From Alphaproteobacteria bacterium (GTDB lineage: Bacteria; Pseudomonadota; Alphaproteobacteria; Bin95): a DNA stretch of 64,000 bases. Within the stretch, counting starts at the first letter, position 1; every line of letters starts with the position of its first letter. Under the pieces are notes generated by a model. The model was not told where the DNA came from. It searched no databases and saw only the letters and a program-made list of their open reading frames with translations. Below, piece after piece: positions 44,518-55,285 of the stretch. The stretch is taken from NCBI GenBank assembly GCA_964291285.2, contig OZ219787.1, positions 1,344,001 to 1,408,000 of the forward strand, read 5' to 3'. Position numbers and translations under genes: made by a program.

Positions 44518-44902
44518 ACTGCCACGGCTGGACCGTCTGCGCCGGCGGACGATACCCGCGAATCCGGGCCTTGGCGTGCCCGTGCATGACCGGATTTTCG
44601 ACGCAGACCCGCGGGATCGGGGCATTCAGGAATTCGGCGAACAGAGCGCAGGCATCCTGAAGCTCGCTCCAGAGATTGCACTCATGCAGCCAGCGCACGC
44701 CGCTGTTGGCCAGCCGCGTGCATGGCGGATGGGCGATCAGCATATCCCACTCGCCGGAGAGCAGGTCGCGCGCATCGCCGACAATGTGACGCTCGGGGCG
44801 GCCCTCTGTCTCCTCCAGGTCGCAGGACCAAGCGTCATGGCCGCGCCGGAGGAAGGCATCGCGGACGGTGCCGGAGTACTCGCAGGCGACCAAGACCCTC
44901 AT
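44518..44902 (-). pseudogene. 5' part of a phage-type DNA cytosine methyltransferase inside the mega-spacer
   Basis: MRVLVACEYSG, WSCDL, WDMLIAHPPC, VENP; cut by the repeat at 44517. Confidence 0.75.
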
Positions 44903-45261
44903 TCCTGGCCGCCGAAGGGCTCATCGTGCTGCATATCCCGCGCATGCATCCAAGTGTCGTGCAGGCACTCCATATAGGGCTCGTCATACGGCTTTTTGGC
45001 CGCCGCAGCGTGTTTGAAATTGTCGTAGACGATGTCGGCCACCGCATTGGCGAGCAACTCTGCGAACTCCTTCCGGTGCAGCGTGGTGCGCCAAGCATAG
45101 TCGGCCTTTGGCGTGTGCTCAATCTCGTAGGGGTTTGTCGGCAAGTAGGCGGCGAGGACGGCGGTCAAGTGGGCTTCCGTGCGCGCCCGCACCAGCAGCA
45201 TGTCCTCATGCTCCCGGTGTTGCACTACAGAGATAAAGCCGAAGGGTGTGTAGAGCCACAT
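44899..45261 (-). CDS. Hypothetical phage-like protein (120 aa) inside the mega-spacer
   Basis: MWLYTPFGFISVV...LLVRAR...ADYAWR...YDNFK; GGGAGA RBS; ATGA overlap with the methylase ORF. Confidence 0.75.
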   Translation of the reverse strand: MWLYTPFGFISVVQHREHEDMLLVRARTEAHLTAVLAAYLPTNPYEIEHTPKADYAWRTTLHRKEFAELLANAVADIVYDNFKHAAAAKKPYDEPYMECLHDTWMHARDMQHDEPFGGQE

Positions 45262-45718
45262 GGTGTCATTTCTCCCAGATGTCGTCGGTTCATCCCCGCG
45301 CCAGCGGGGAACGCGGAACCCGGACAAGGACGCCGCCTATCAACGTCGGTTCATCCCCGCACGAGCGGGGAACACTCCTAATGATCTGCTCGTCCTCCGA
45401 TGGCAACCGGTTCATCCCCGCACGAGCGGGGAACACATTGAAAGGTCGAGTGCTAGCCAGCAAATGGCCGGTTCATCCCCGCACGAGCGGGGAACACGGG
45501 GGGAGGAACGCGGCGCTGGGGTTCCCCACCGGTTCATCCCCGCACGAGCGGGGAACACCTTCCATCCTGCCAATTGGTCGACGCCAGTACCGGTTCATCC
45601 CCGCACGAGCGGGGAACACCGTAAGCCTTCGGCGTAGACCGCCTGTCGCCTTTCTCCGGGATCTGGGAGGGTATGCGCTCGGATGTGGGCGCGCGTCGCA
45701 GGTGCCCACCAAGGATAA

Positions 45719-46138
45719 GTGGACACTATGCGGATGTGGGACGCAGCCGAGCATGCAGGCTCCGGGGTCGACGGTCGGGGGCGCCGCCTTCGCCGTCGGT
45801 GGAGCGAGGCGCGCAAGCGCCTGATCGTTGCGGAGAGCTACCAGCCCGGGGTTTCGGTTTCGGTGGTGGCGCGCCGACATGACGTGAACGCGAACCTGGT
45901 CTTCAAGTGGCGGGGCCAGTATCGGGAGCTGGCGCGCGTGGTGGGCGGCTTCGTCCCGGTGGTTGTCTCTTCGACGGAAGGGGCGGAGCCGGCGAAGCTG
46001 CTGCCGGCGCCGGAGGCCGAACCGTCTTCCTCCGGACGGATCGAGATTGCGCTGGCGGACGGCTCGCGCGTGACGGTCGACCGGGATGTGGACGCGGCGG
46101 CGCTGTCGCGGGTTCTCGGGGTTCTGGGGCGGCGATGA
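45719..46138 (+). CDS. tnpA: IS66 accessory protein TnpA (HTH)
   Basis: RRRWSEARKRLIV, VARRHDVNANLVFKWR. Confidence 0.88.
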   Translation: MDTMRMWDAAEHAGSGVDGRGRRLRRRWSEARKRLIVAESYQPGVSVSVVARRHDVNANLVFKWRGQYRELARVVGGFVPVVVSSTEGAEPAKLLPAPEAEPSSSGRIEIALADGSRVTVDRDVDAAALSRVLGVLGRR

Positions 46139-46482
46139 TCCCGGTTCCGAGCGGGGCGCGGGTCTGGCTTGCGACGGGCGTGACGGACATGCGTCGCGGG
46201 ATGAACACGCTGGCGCTGCAGGTCCAGCAAGGTCTCGGCCGCGATCCGCATGCGGGCGATCTCTTCATATTCCGCGGACGCAAAGGCGATCTCGTGAAGA
46301 TCCTCTGGACTGACGGGATCGGGACCTCGCTCTACGCCAAGCGTCTGGAGCGTGGCCGGTTCCCCTGGCCGGCTGCTTCGGGCGAGGCGGTGTCGATCAG
46401 CGCGGCGCAGCTTGGCTATTTGCTGGAAGGGATCGACTGGCGGAACCCGGTCCGGACCTGGCGGCCGTCGCGGGCCGGCTGA
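46135..46482 (+). CDS. tnpB: IS66 accessory protein TnpB
   Basis: TDMRRGMNTL, FIFRGRKGDLVKILW, KRLERGRFPWP. Confidence 0.92.
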   Translation: MIPVPSGARVWLATGVTDMRRGMNTLALQVQQGLGRDPHAGDLFIFRGRKGDLVKILWTDGIGTSLYAKRLERGRFPWPAASGEAVSISAAQLGYLLEGIDWRNPVRTWRPSRAG

Positions 46483-46553
46483 CGGGCGGCAAATGGACTC
46501 ATCCGACAGGATTGTCATGGCGGCGGGGCGGTTGTTGTGATTCGCTTCCGGGC

Positions 46554-48200
46554 ATGCCGGACGGATCGGACATCGATGCTCTGAAGGCGGCGCTGGCTGC
46601 GGCGGAAGTCAAGGCGACCGAGGCCGAGGAGCGGGCCGCAGTTGCGGAGGCCGAGGCTTCCAACGCCGTGGCGAAGGTGTCGGACGCGGAGGCGCAGATC
46701 GCCTCCCTGAAGCTGATGATCGAGAAGCTCCGTCACGCGCTCTTCGGCCAACGATCGGAGCGCAAGCAGCGCCTTCTCGACCAGATGGAGCTCCAGCTCG
46801 ACGAGCTCGAGGCGAGCGCTACCGAGGACGAGTTGGCGGCCGAACAGGCGGCTACCGGCACGACGCAGGTCAAGGCGTTCACCCGCCGCCGCCGGTCCGG
46901 GCGCAAGCCGTTCCCCGAACATCTGCCGCGCGAGCGCGTGGTGGTGCCGGCGCCGAGTGCCTGTGAGTGCTGCGGCTCGCAGAAGCTCTCGAAGATCGGC
47001 GAGGACATCACCGAGACGCTGGAGGTCATTCCGCGCCAGTGGAAGGTGATCCAGACGGTGCGCGAGAAGTTCACATGCCGGGACTGCGAGAAGATCAGCC
47101 AGCCGCCGGCGCCGTTCCACCCGACGCCGCGCGGCTGGGCGGGCCCCAACCTGTTGGCGATGATCCTGTTCGAGAAGTATGGGACGCACCAGCCTCTGAA
47201 CCGCCAGCGCGACCGCTATGCGCGCGAGGGCGTCGATCTCAGCCTGTCGACCCTGGCCGACCAGGTGGGCGCCTGCACGGTGGCGCTGAGGCCGCTGCAC
47301 GACCTGATCGCAGACCATGTGCTGGCGGCCGAGCGTCTGCATGGCGACGACACGCCGGTGCCGGTTCTGGCCAGGGGCAAGACCGACACCGGGCGGGCCT
47401 GGGTCTATGTCCGCGACGACAGACCGTTCGGCGGTCCGGACCCGCCGGCGGCCCTGTTCCACTACTCGCGGAACCGCTCGGGCGATCATCCGGTCGAGCA
47501 TTTGCGGAGCTACGCCGGCATCCTGCAGGCCGACGCCTTTGCCGGATATAACCGGCTCTACGAGCCCGCCCGATCGCCGGGGCCCGTGACCGAAGCTGCC
47601 TGCTTCGCCCATGCGAGGCGCAAGTTCCACGAGCTCGCCGACATCGCGGCCGGCAAGAGGCGCGGCAGGAACGCGCCGCCGATCTCGCCGCTGGCGATGG
47701 AAGCCGTGAAGCGGATCGATGCGCTGTTTGACATCGAGCGCGGGATCAACGGCGAGATCGCCGAGCGCCGCCTCGCGGTGCGCCAGGAACTGAGCGCGCC
47801 GGTCCTGGCCGAACTCGAGACCTGGATGAAGGCCGAGCGCGCAAAGCTCTCCCGCCATTCCCCCGTGGCCAAGGCCATGGACTACATGCTCAGGCGATGG
47901 GACCGCTTCGCCCGCTTCCTCGACGATGGGCGCATCTGCCTGTCAAATAATGCCGCTGAGAGGGCGCTCAGAGGTATTGCCCTGGGTCGGAAGTCATGGC
48001 TGTTCGCCGGCTCCGACCGCGGCGGCAGGCGCGCCGCAGCCATGTACACCCTGATCGGCACCGCCAAGCTCAACGATGTCGATCCCCACGCCTGGCTCGC
48101 CGACGTTCTCGGCCGGATCGCGGGAACCCCGCAGAACCGGCTCGACGAACTTCTTCCCTGGAATTGGGTTCCGGAGAAGATGCTCGATCAAGCCGCATAA
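46554..48200 (+). CDS. tnpC: IS66 transposase TnpC
   Basis: FGQRSER, CECCG, HGDDTPV, QADAFAGY, CFAHARRKF, SNNAAER, LLPWNW. Confidence 0.95.
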   Translation: MPDGSDIDALKAALAAAEVKATEAEERAAVAEAEASNAVAKVSDAEAQIASLKLMIEKLRHALFGQRSERKQRLLDQMELQLDELEASATEDELAAEQAATGTTQVKAFTRRRRSGRKPFPEHLPRERVVVPAPSACECCGSQKLSKIGEDITETLEVIPRQWKVIQTVREKFTCRDCEKISQPPAPFHPTPRGWAGPNLLAMILFEKYGTHQPLNRQRDRYAREGVDLSLSTLADQVGACTVALRPLHDLIADHVLAAERLHGDDTPVPVLARGKTDTGRAWVYVRDDRPFGGPDPPAALFHYSRNRSGDHPVEHLRSYAGILQADAFAGYNRLYEPARSPGPVTEAACFAHARRKFHELADIAAGKRRGRNAPPISPLAMEAVKRIDALFDIERGINGEIAERRLAVRQELSAPVLAELETWMKAERAKLSRHSPVAKAMDYMLRRWDRFARFLDDGRICLSNNAAERALRGIALGRKSWLFAGSDRGGRRAAAMYTLIGTAKLNDVDPHAWLADVLGRIAGTPQNRLDELLPWNWVPEKMLDQAA

Positions 48201-49638
48201 GCCGGCTCACGCTCAAAACCACCCCGCTCCGCACGCACTCGCCGCAAAGAAGGGCCTACCTACCCCTGCGGTCTTCGGCGGACGCATACGGAACACCTCA
48301 CGAATGAGCCTGGCGGCATGGAGATGAGCGGTTCATCCCCGCACGAGCGGGGAACACGTCTCCTCATCGAGCGCCAGGTCGTCGCCGAACGGTTCATCCC
48401 CGCACGAGCGGGGAACACCCTGGCCGTGATGCTGCTGGGCTTGCTCGCGGCGGTTCATCCCCGCACGAGCGGGGAACACTTCTTCCACATGCCTTCAGCA
48501 TGGATTTCCGCCGGTTCATCCCCGCACGAGCGGGGAACACTAGGCTACCTGCGTCTGGGCGATGAGCGCGTTCGGTTCATCCCCGCACGAGCGGGGAACA
48601 CTCGGTCGGATCGGGAATCGACGGCCCGCTGCCCGGTTCATCCCCGCACGAGCGGGGAACACCCCCTGCCCTCGCCCAGCGCAACCATGGCCGCCGGTTC
48701 ATCCCCGCACGAGCGGGGAACACGCGCACGCGACTAGAGGCGGTGTGTGCTCCCCCGGTTCATCCCCGCACGAGCGGGGAACACTATCAGCGCCGCGTGG
48801 AGGTCCAAATTGCGGGCGGTTCATCCCCGCACGAGCGGGGAACACCAGCGCGCCGGCGGGGTAGTATTTCGCCGTGTCGGTTCATCCCCGCACGAGCGGG
48901 GAACACGGGCGCGGCGCGGCTGCGATCCTCAAGGGCGGCGGTTCATCCCCGCACGAGCGGGGAACACCCGTTGCTGAGCGTGACGATCCCGCTCAAGCGC
49001 GGTTCATCCCCGCACGAGCGGGGAACACGCGAGGTCGGCGGCGGTGGTGGTGGTGTCGGTCGGTTCATCCCCGCACGAGCGGGGAACACTCGGCGAGGTA
49101 GGCCGCGTCGCGCTCGGCGCGCGGTTCATCCCCGCACGAGCGGGGAACACCATGGTCTCGCGTTGTCCGCCGACGCCACGATCGGTTCATCCCCGCACGA
49201 GCGGGGAACACGAAAGCGGAGGATGTGGTTTGGGGGCTGGAAGCGGTTCATCCCCGCACGAGCGGGGAACACGTGGTGGCGGTGGTGGCGGTGGCGGTGC
49301 TGCTCGGTTCATCCCCGCACGAGCGGGGAACACGCCGTCAGAACTTTGTAGCCGGCGGCCTCGGCCGGTTCATCCCCGCACGAGCGGGGAACACCTCCAG
49401 CCGATGTTGCGGAAATTGATTTGGGCCGGTTCATCCCCGCACGAGCGGGGAACACCGGCGATAGCGATGCTGCTCATATCTGGTCTCCGGTTCATCCCCG
49501 CACGAGCGGGGAACACGTGTGCTGTCTGGCGTGCTGTGCGTCTGTCTGTGGTTCATCCCCGCACGAGCGGGGAACACTGCGAAAAAAAAGTTTTCAACGA
49601 TTTCAACGACGGTTCATCCCCGCACGAGCGGGGAACAC

Positions 49639-49699
49639 TCTTTCTGGAAGAGCTTGATATGGCAGGCATTTTACGATGTCAAACAGCGCACCGGCCAAA
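49639..49699 (-). promoter_or_regulatory. CRISPR leader (short, may overlap the cas2 3' end)
   Basis: Relatively AT-rich segment between cas2 stop and first repeat; repeat orientation matches E. coli-type GTGTTCCCCGC...AACCG on the minus strand. Confidence 0.6.
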
Positions 49700-50957
<1,258 letters not shown>

Positions 50958-50961
50958 GCGT

Positions 50962-51666
50962 TCAGAGCCTCCGGATCAACATGAGCCCGCAACCGAAGGC
51001 TTTGGCCGGACCGAATCCGCGCGCGATGGCGGACGGCAACAGATCCGGATCCTGCACCTCCAGAACGCCTTCGAAATCAAGGGAAGAGAACGACAAGGCG
51101 CTTTTGCCGGCACCGCGGTCGATGCGGTGCTGGCGGTAACCCTCGCACAGCAACTCTTCCCCCCGTATCTCGAAACCGGCCTTGCAGCCCTGCCTGGCGA
51201 GCCAGTCGAAGCCCTTTCCCCGGATGGCGGCCATGCGGTGTTCGGCGCGCGAACCGTCCCGCAGCGGGTGAAGCGTATCCATCACGACATCGTGCCGGGG
51301 CGCATGGCGCTTGCCCGGCTCCTTTGCCTTGCGGACCGTCGGGTTGGCCCGCAGCGAGAACCGCAGCCGGTCGCCTGCCGCCAGGACGGGGGCGAAGGTT
51401 TTGGGTTCGTCGATCTCGAACAAGCCATGACGGTCTTCAGGAGGCCGCGCCGAAAGCACAAGAAAGGCGCCGTCATCCATCCGTCGCCAGAGAAAATCGC
51501 GGCGGCGGTCCGGCCCGTCTGCAAACAAGGACCAGACCAGGCGCCGGTCCACATCGACGGAACGGTGGCTGCCGGGTCCGGCGTCCTGTTGCAGCAGGGG
51601 CATCAGGGCCTTGACGGACGCAGCGCTTCCGAGCCGGACACGGGACAGCCAGCAGGCGTCAGTCAT
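50962..51666 (-). CDS. cas6e: Cas6e (CasE)
   Basis: FSLRANPT, FEGVLEV, G-rich loop GFGPAKAFGCGLM. Confidence 0.93.
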   Translation of the reverse strand: MTDACWLSRVRLGSAASVKALMPLLQQDAGPGSHRSVDVDRRLVWSLFADGPDRRRDFLWRRMDDGAFLVLSARPPEDRHGLFEIDEPKTFAPVLAAGDRLRFSLRANPTVRKAKEPGKRHAPRHDVVMDTLHPLRDGSRAEHRMAAIRGKGFDWLARQGCKAGFEIRGEELLCEGYRQHRIDRGAGKSALSFSSLDFEGVLEVQDPDLLPSAIARGFGPAKAFGCGLMLIRRL

Positions 51667-52427
51667 TCCCCATCCCCCAGGTCGATCACCACCCGCTCTT
51701 CCCGGTCTCTAAACTGCCATCGTGTGCGGCTTCCGATGCCGTCGCGCCGACGTTCGAGGAAACCGCCCGCCGGCGCTCCCGGGGCATCGGCATCAAAAGC
51801 GATCTCCCGCCCGGCGGGCAAGCCGCGGCGAAGCCGTTCCAACGCCCATGCTTCCAACGCGCCGGGCCCTTCGCCGCCGTTTTCGGCGGCAACTGCCGGG
51901 CGCCGAAGCGCAAGGGCGTCCATCAAATTGGCCGTTTCGACGATTTCCGGGTCGAGGGGCAGTCCGAGCGGAGCCGATTTGCGGCCCAGGTAGAGCGTGA
52001 AACGGGGCCGGCGCAGCGCTGCGGCGATCTCATCCAGATCGACCGCGCCGCCGGAGCGCAACCAGAGTGCGGCCGTGAAACAGGCATCCGAACGCCATTC
52101 CCGGCTGGAAAGCACCGTGTTGATCCGTTCGGCCTCCAGTTCCTCACGGCGAGTCTCAAAGCTCTGGCCCCGCCGCGCCGCGGGAGTCTGAGCCGTATGG
52201 TAATCGATGAAAGGGCGGCCGGGCGCGTCTGTCCTGACGGCGTAATGCAACCCCTCTTCCAGCGCACGATGGGCATCATCGTCGCTCCGTTCGATCCCCA
52301 GCGCGGCGGCAACCAGCCCGAGGACGGCGGAGCGTCCCGGCCGCGACCAGCCCATGCGTCGCTCCCCGATGGCAATCTCGCCCAGGGAACACATCGGCGC
52401 GTAGAGCGTGAAGAGCAGGAACCGCAT
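51663..52427 (-). CDS. cas5: Cas5e (CasD)
   Basis: PGRSAVLGLVAAALG, DYHTAQ, YLGRKSAP. Confidence 0.92.
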   Translation of the reverse strand: MRFLLFTLYAPMCSLGEIAIGERRMGWSRPGRSAVLGLVAAALGIERSDDDAHRALEEGLHYAVRTDAPGRPFIDYHTAQTPAARRGQSFETRREELEAERINTVLSSREWRSDACFTAALWLRSGGAVDLDEIAAALRRPRFTLYLGRKSAPLGLPLDPEIVETANLMDALALRRPAVAAENGGEGPGALEAWALERLRRGLPAGREIAFDADAPGAPAGGFLERRRDGIGSRTRWQFRDREERVVIDLGDGE

Positions 52428-52431
52428 GGCG

Positions 52432-53484
52432 TCAGGCCAGGGCGAAATCGATGAATTCCGCGAGGGTCCCTTCGCCTTTCGCAACGTCCACAGACAGGCG
52501 ATCCGCGGCGCAGGGCCCGTAGGCCCGGTCGAGTTTGTCCCTGAACTCCTCCAGCGCATGCACCGAAGCCTCGCCCTGGTCAGCGCCGGAGACGGGCTTC
52601 AGGAATGCGGCGGCGAGACTGCGCGGCTGGGCATTTCCCTTTTCTGCTAGTGCGTAGAAGGCGCGTGCGTGGCTGGCGAAGCTTGCCTGCTTGCCGCGCG
52701 GTGCCACTGTCGCGGCGGCCTCGGCCAGCGCGGCGACGCTTGCGTTGCCCACGACCCGGTCCCCGCCGAGGTTTTCCAGCAGCAATCCCCGGTCCACGCA
52801 GAGATAGAGGTAGAATACGCCCGCGCCGAACTCCTGGACGCCGACGAATCCCGCTCCGGCGTCTTCCGGCTCGTCACGCGACTTGAGGTCGTCCACGGCG
52901 GTATAGTAGTCGTCTTCCGCGATCGCGCGGTGGGTGGTGATGGCGTGCGCCACTTGCACCGCGGCCTCGCGGTTGAATTTGGGGTCATCCGCCAGCATCC
53001 GGCCGAACATGGCGATATCCGCGGCCGTATCGGTTCGGCGCAGTACGTCCTCGGGTTCAGGTGCTGCCGGTTCTTCGCCAGCGAGTGCGCGATCCGCCAG
53101 CGCGAACGCTTCCGCGCGCTCCTCCGGCGAAACGAAGGCCAGTTGTTCGATGAAGGCCGGGTTCCGGTCCGTCTCCGGCTTCAGCTTTCCGAAGACATCG
53201 GCAATTTTCCGGGCGGCCGCGAGGGCTTCCTGTTCGCCTATGCCGCCCTCGATCAGGTGCCGGTGCAGATCCTCACCGAGCCGCTGCGTGCGTCTGGCGA
53301 GATGGCCGTCAAGCTTGCTCTGGAATACATCGGAGGTCCGCCAGGCGCGCTTCAGGCTTTGCGAGGAGATGCGCAGGCGCGGGGCGCCGCCGAACAGGAC
53401 GCTTTTCGGCCGGCCGGTATCGTCGCGGTTCAGGTTGGACGGGCCGAAGGCCGTCAGCAGGTGCAATTGCAGGAAATCGCTCAT
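52432..53484 (-). CDS. cas7: Cas7e (CasC)
   Basis: SNLNRDDTGRPK, RISSQSLKRAWR, DIAMFGRMLA, DYYTAVDD. Confidence 0.95.
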   Translation of the reverse strand: MSDFLQLHLLTAFGPSNLNRDDTGRPKSVLFGGAPRLRISSQSLKRAWRTSDVFQSKLDGHLARRTQRLGEDLHRHLIEGGIGEQEALAAARKIADVFGKLKPETDRNPAFIEQLAFVSPEERAEAFALADRALAGEEPAAPEPEDVLRRTDTAADIAMFGRMLADDPKFNREAAVQVAHAITTHRAIAEDDYYTAVDDLKSRDEPEDAGAGFVGVQEFGAGVFYLYLCVDRGLLLENLGGDRVVGNASVAALAEAAATVAPRGKQASFASHARAFYALAEKGNAQPRSLAAAFLKPVSGADQGEASVHALEEFRDKLDRAYGPCAADRLSVDVAKGEGTLAEFIDFALA

Positions 53485-54023
53485 GCAGCGGAGTCTCCCT
53501 GTGGAGCGGTTGAAGAGTTGGATGGCGCGGCGCGACCCACACCGTAATAGTTGAAGATCCAGTGCTTCCTTACGCCGTCGCCCCAATAGAGGACGGATCG
53601 GGACAAGTCCCGCACGTTGACTGTCCCGCCGGCCAGACGCACGAGGCGGCGCATCGCATCCATGAGCTCATCGTTACGCTCGATCTGCAGCAGGCGACGG
53701 AAGCGACCTTCGGACATGACCGCTTCCGCATCGTCGAGCGACCTGCGACCTACGGCGCGGGCGACGGGCCGGTCCTCATCATCCCGGACCCACGCGAGAA
53801 TGCCGGCAAGCGCGGCCACCCGGTCCTTGTTGTCAAAATGGGGCAAGCGCTGGATCAGGCGCAAAGTAGCCGTCTCCCGCATGGCTTCGAGCGGCGTTCC
53901 AGCCCGGCGCAAATGTGCAAGCGCCGCTTTCTGCGAACCGGTCTGCACGCCGTTCTCCGGGTTCAAATCCCGCCACCATGCAGCGGCGATGGAACCGGCC
54001 CCTTTGGGAATCGAATCGGTCAT
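53481..54023 (-). CDS. cse2: Cse2/Cas11 (CasB)
   Basis: AHLRRA, SEGRFRRLL, WIFNYY; position between cse1 and cas7. Confidence 0.85.
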   Translation of the reverse strand: MTDSIPKGAGSIAAAWWRDLNPENGVQTGSQKAALAHLRRAGTPLEAMRETATLRLIQRLPHFDNKDRVAALAGILAWVRDDEDRPVARAVGRRSLDDAEAVMSEGRFRRLLQIERNDELMDAMRRLVRLAGGTVNVRDLSRSVLYWGDGVRKHWIFNYYGVGRAAPSNSSTAPQGDSAA

Positions 54024-54670
54024 GCGGCCTCCTGCCTGTTGACGGCGCCGACAGGTTCGGGCGCCGGGATGCCGAGTTCGCCGAACAGCGCCCTGCCGTC
54101 CTTGCCCCGCCCGCCGAGTGCAAGATGCAGATAGAAGCGCGCCCGGACATGGCGTTCCATGCTCCGGTTCTCCAGTGCCTCGCCGGGTGCGACTTCGTCG
54201 AAAAGGCGGAGCGCGGGCGCTTCCATCCGCTTCGCCCAAGCAAGGCGCGCTTCCAAACTCGGATCGTCGGGATCTGCGCCGCTGCGCGTGCGAGTTGCCG
54301 TTTGGACGTCGAAGAATGCCTTGCGGAAAGGTGCCTCGGTCTCCCGGAAGAAGCATTCCGCAATAAAGCCGTAGTCGCCGGCTGCATCGGCAGGCCGGTC
54401 GTAGAGAGCTGACTTCACCGCGCGAACGAGCAGCCGCGAAACCGTTTCCGCGCCCCTGACTGCCTGATGAATGAAGCTCTCCAGACACTCGCGCGTTTCC
54501 TCTTCCGCGAGCAGCGGTAGAGGCCATTCCCCCTCGATCCATGCGCGCGCCTTCATATTGTCCATGTCGTAACCGAAGGCGGTGAACCGGGGCTTTTCGT
54601 CCATCGCGAACTGTCCGCGTTCGGCTATAACATGGCGGATAACCCGTGCGGGCTGCCGCAACCCGTCGGC
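54020..54670 (-). pseudogene. cse1: 3' fragment of Cse1/Cas8e (CasA), truncated by ISAs1
   Basis: FGYDMDNMKARAW, FFRETEAPF, LFD; frame runs into the IS end at 54671. Confidence 0.8.
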
Positions 54671-54732
54671 CAGGGAAAATTTTTAGTCGAACCGCGGGCT
54701 TTGTCTGAGTGATGTCGGTCTGGCTGCCGGTG

Positions 54733-55148
54733 TTTGCCGTGAAAATTGTTGGGGATCGGGCGCAAAAAAAACCTCCCCGCCAAAGCACTGCTCCCGAGGC
54801 GTCCGATACTCGCCATCTGCGGCGCCCGTCTTGCGGACCCTGACCGGTAGGCAACCCCGTAAAAGCCCGAAGTCCCGCCCGCGCGGCCGGCACCTGTTTT
54901 CATGATACGGGGTGGCCGACCCGCCCGACAATGAAGGTTTTGCCGTGAAAATTGTTGGGGATCGGGCGCAAAAAAAACCTCCCCGCCAAAGCACTGCTCC
55001 CGAGGCGTCCGATACTCGCCATCTGCGGCGCCCGTCTTGCGGACCCTGACCGGTAGGCAACCCCGTAAAAGCCCGAAGTCCCGCCCGCGCGGCCGGCACC
55101 TGTTTTCATGATACGGGGTGGCCGACCCGCCCGACAATGAAGGTTTTG
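54733..55148. repeat. Tandem duplication of a 206-bp unit
   Basis: GCCGTGAAAATTGTTGGGGATCGGG... starts at 54736 and 54942; copies appear identical. Confidence 0.92.
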
Positions 55149-55285
55149 GGGAACCCCAGACGTTTCTGGCCGCCGTCATGGTGGTTTCTTGATGCCGCGG
55201 TCCAGTGTTTTCGTCCTCGACGGGCGCAGTTGTTTTGCTGCGCCGTTCTTCGGCCCGAGCCTGTATTGCGGTGGGGGGTGGGGTA

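Larger units (their letters stand above)
45621..48289 (+). mobile_element. IS66-family element inserted in the CRISPR array
   Basis: IRs GTAAGCCTTCGGCGTAGACCGC / GTATGCGTCCGCCGAAGACCGC; 8-bp TSD GGAACACC (45613-45620, 48290-48297). Confidence 0.95.
44419..49638 (-). CRISPR. Type I-E CRISPR array, 30 repeats / 29 spacers, interrupted by IS66 and containing one 768-bp spacer
   Basis: 29-bp repeat CGGTTCATCCCCGCACGAGCGGGGAACAC (+ strand), 61-bp period; 8 repeats at 44419-45619 and 22 at 48329-49638; leader side next to cas2. Confidence 0.98.

Noticed and set aside
44518-45285. Mega-spacer as 24 concatenated 32-bp spacers (768 = 24 x 32)
   Set aside because: It reads as continuous coupled ORFs with no repeat remnants; the arithmetic is probably coincidence
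44457-49609. Self-targeting spacers against genes in this window
   Set aside because: No match noticed by eye; not exhaustively testable without alignment
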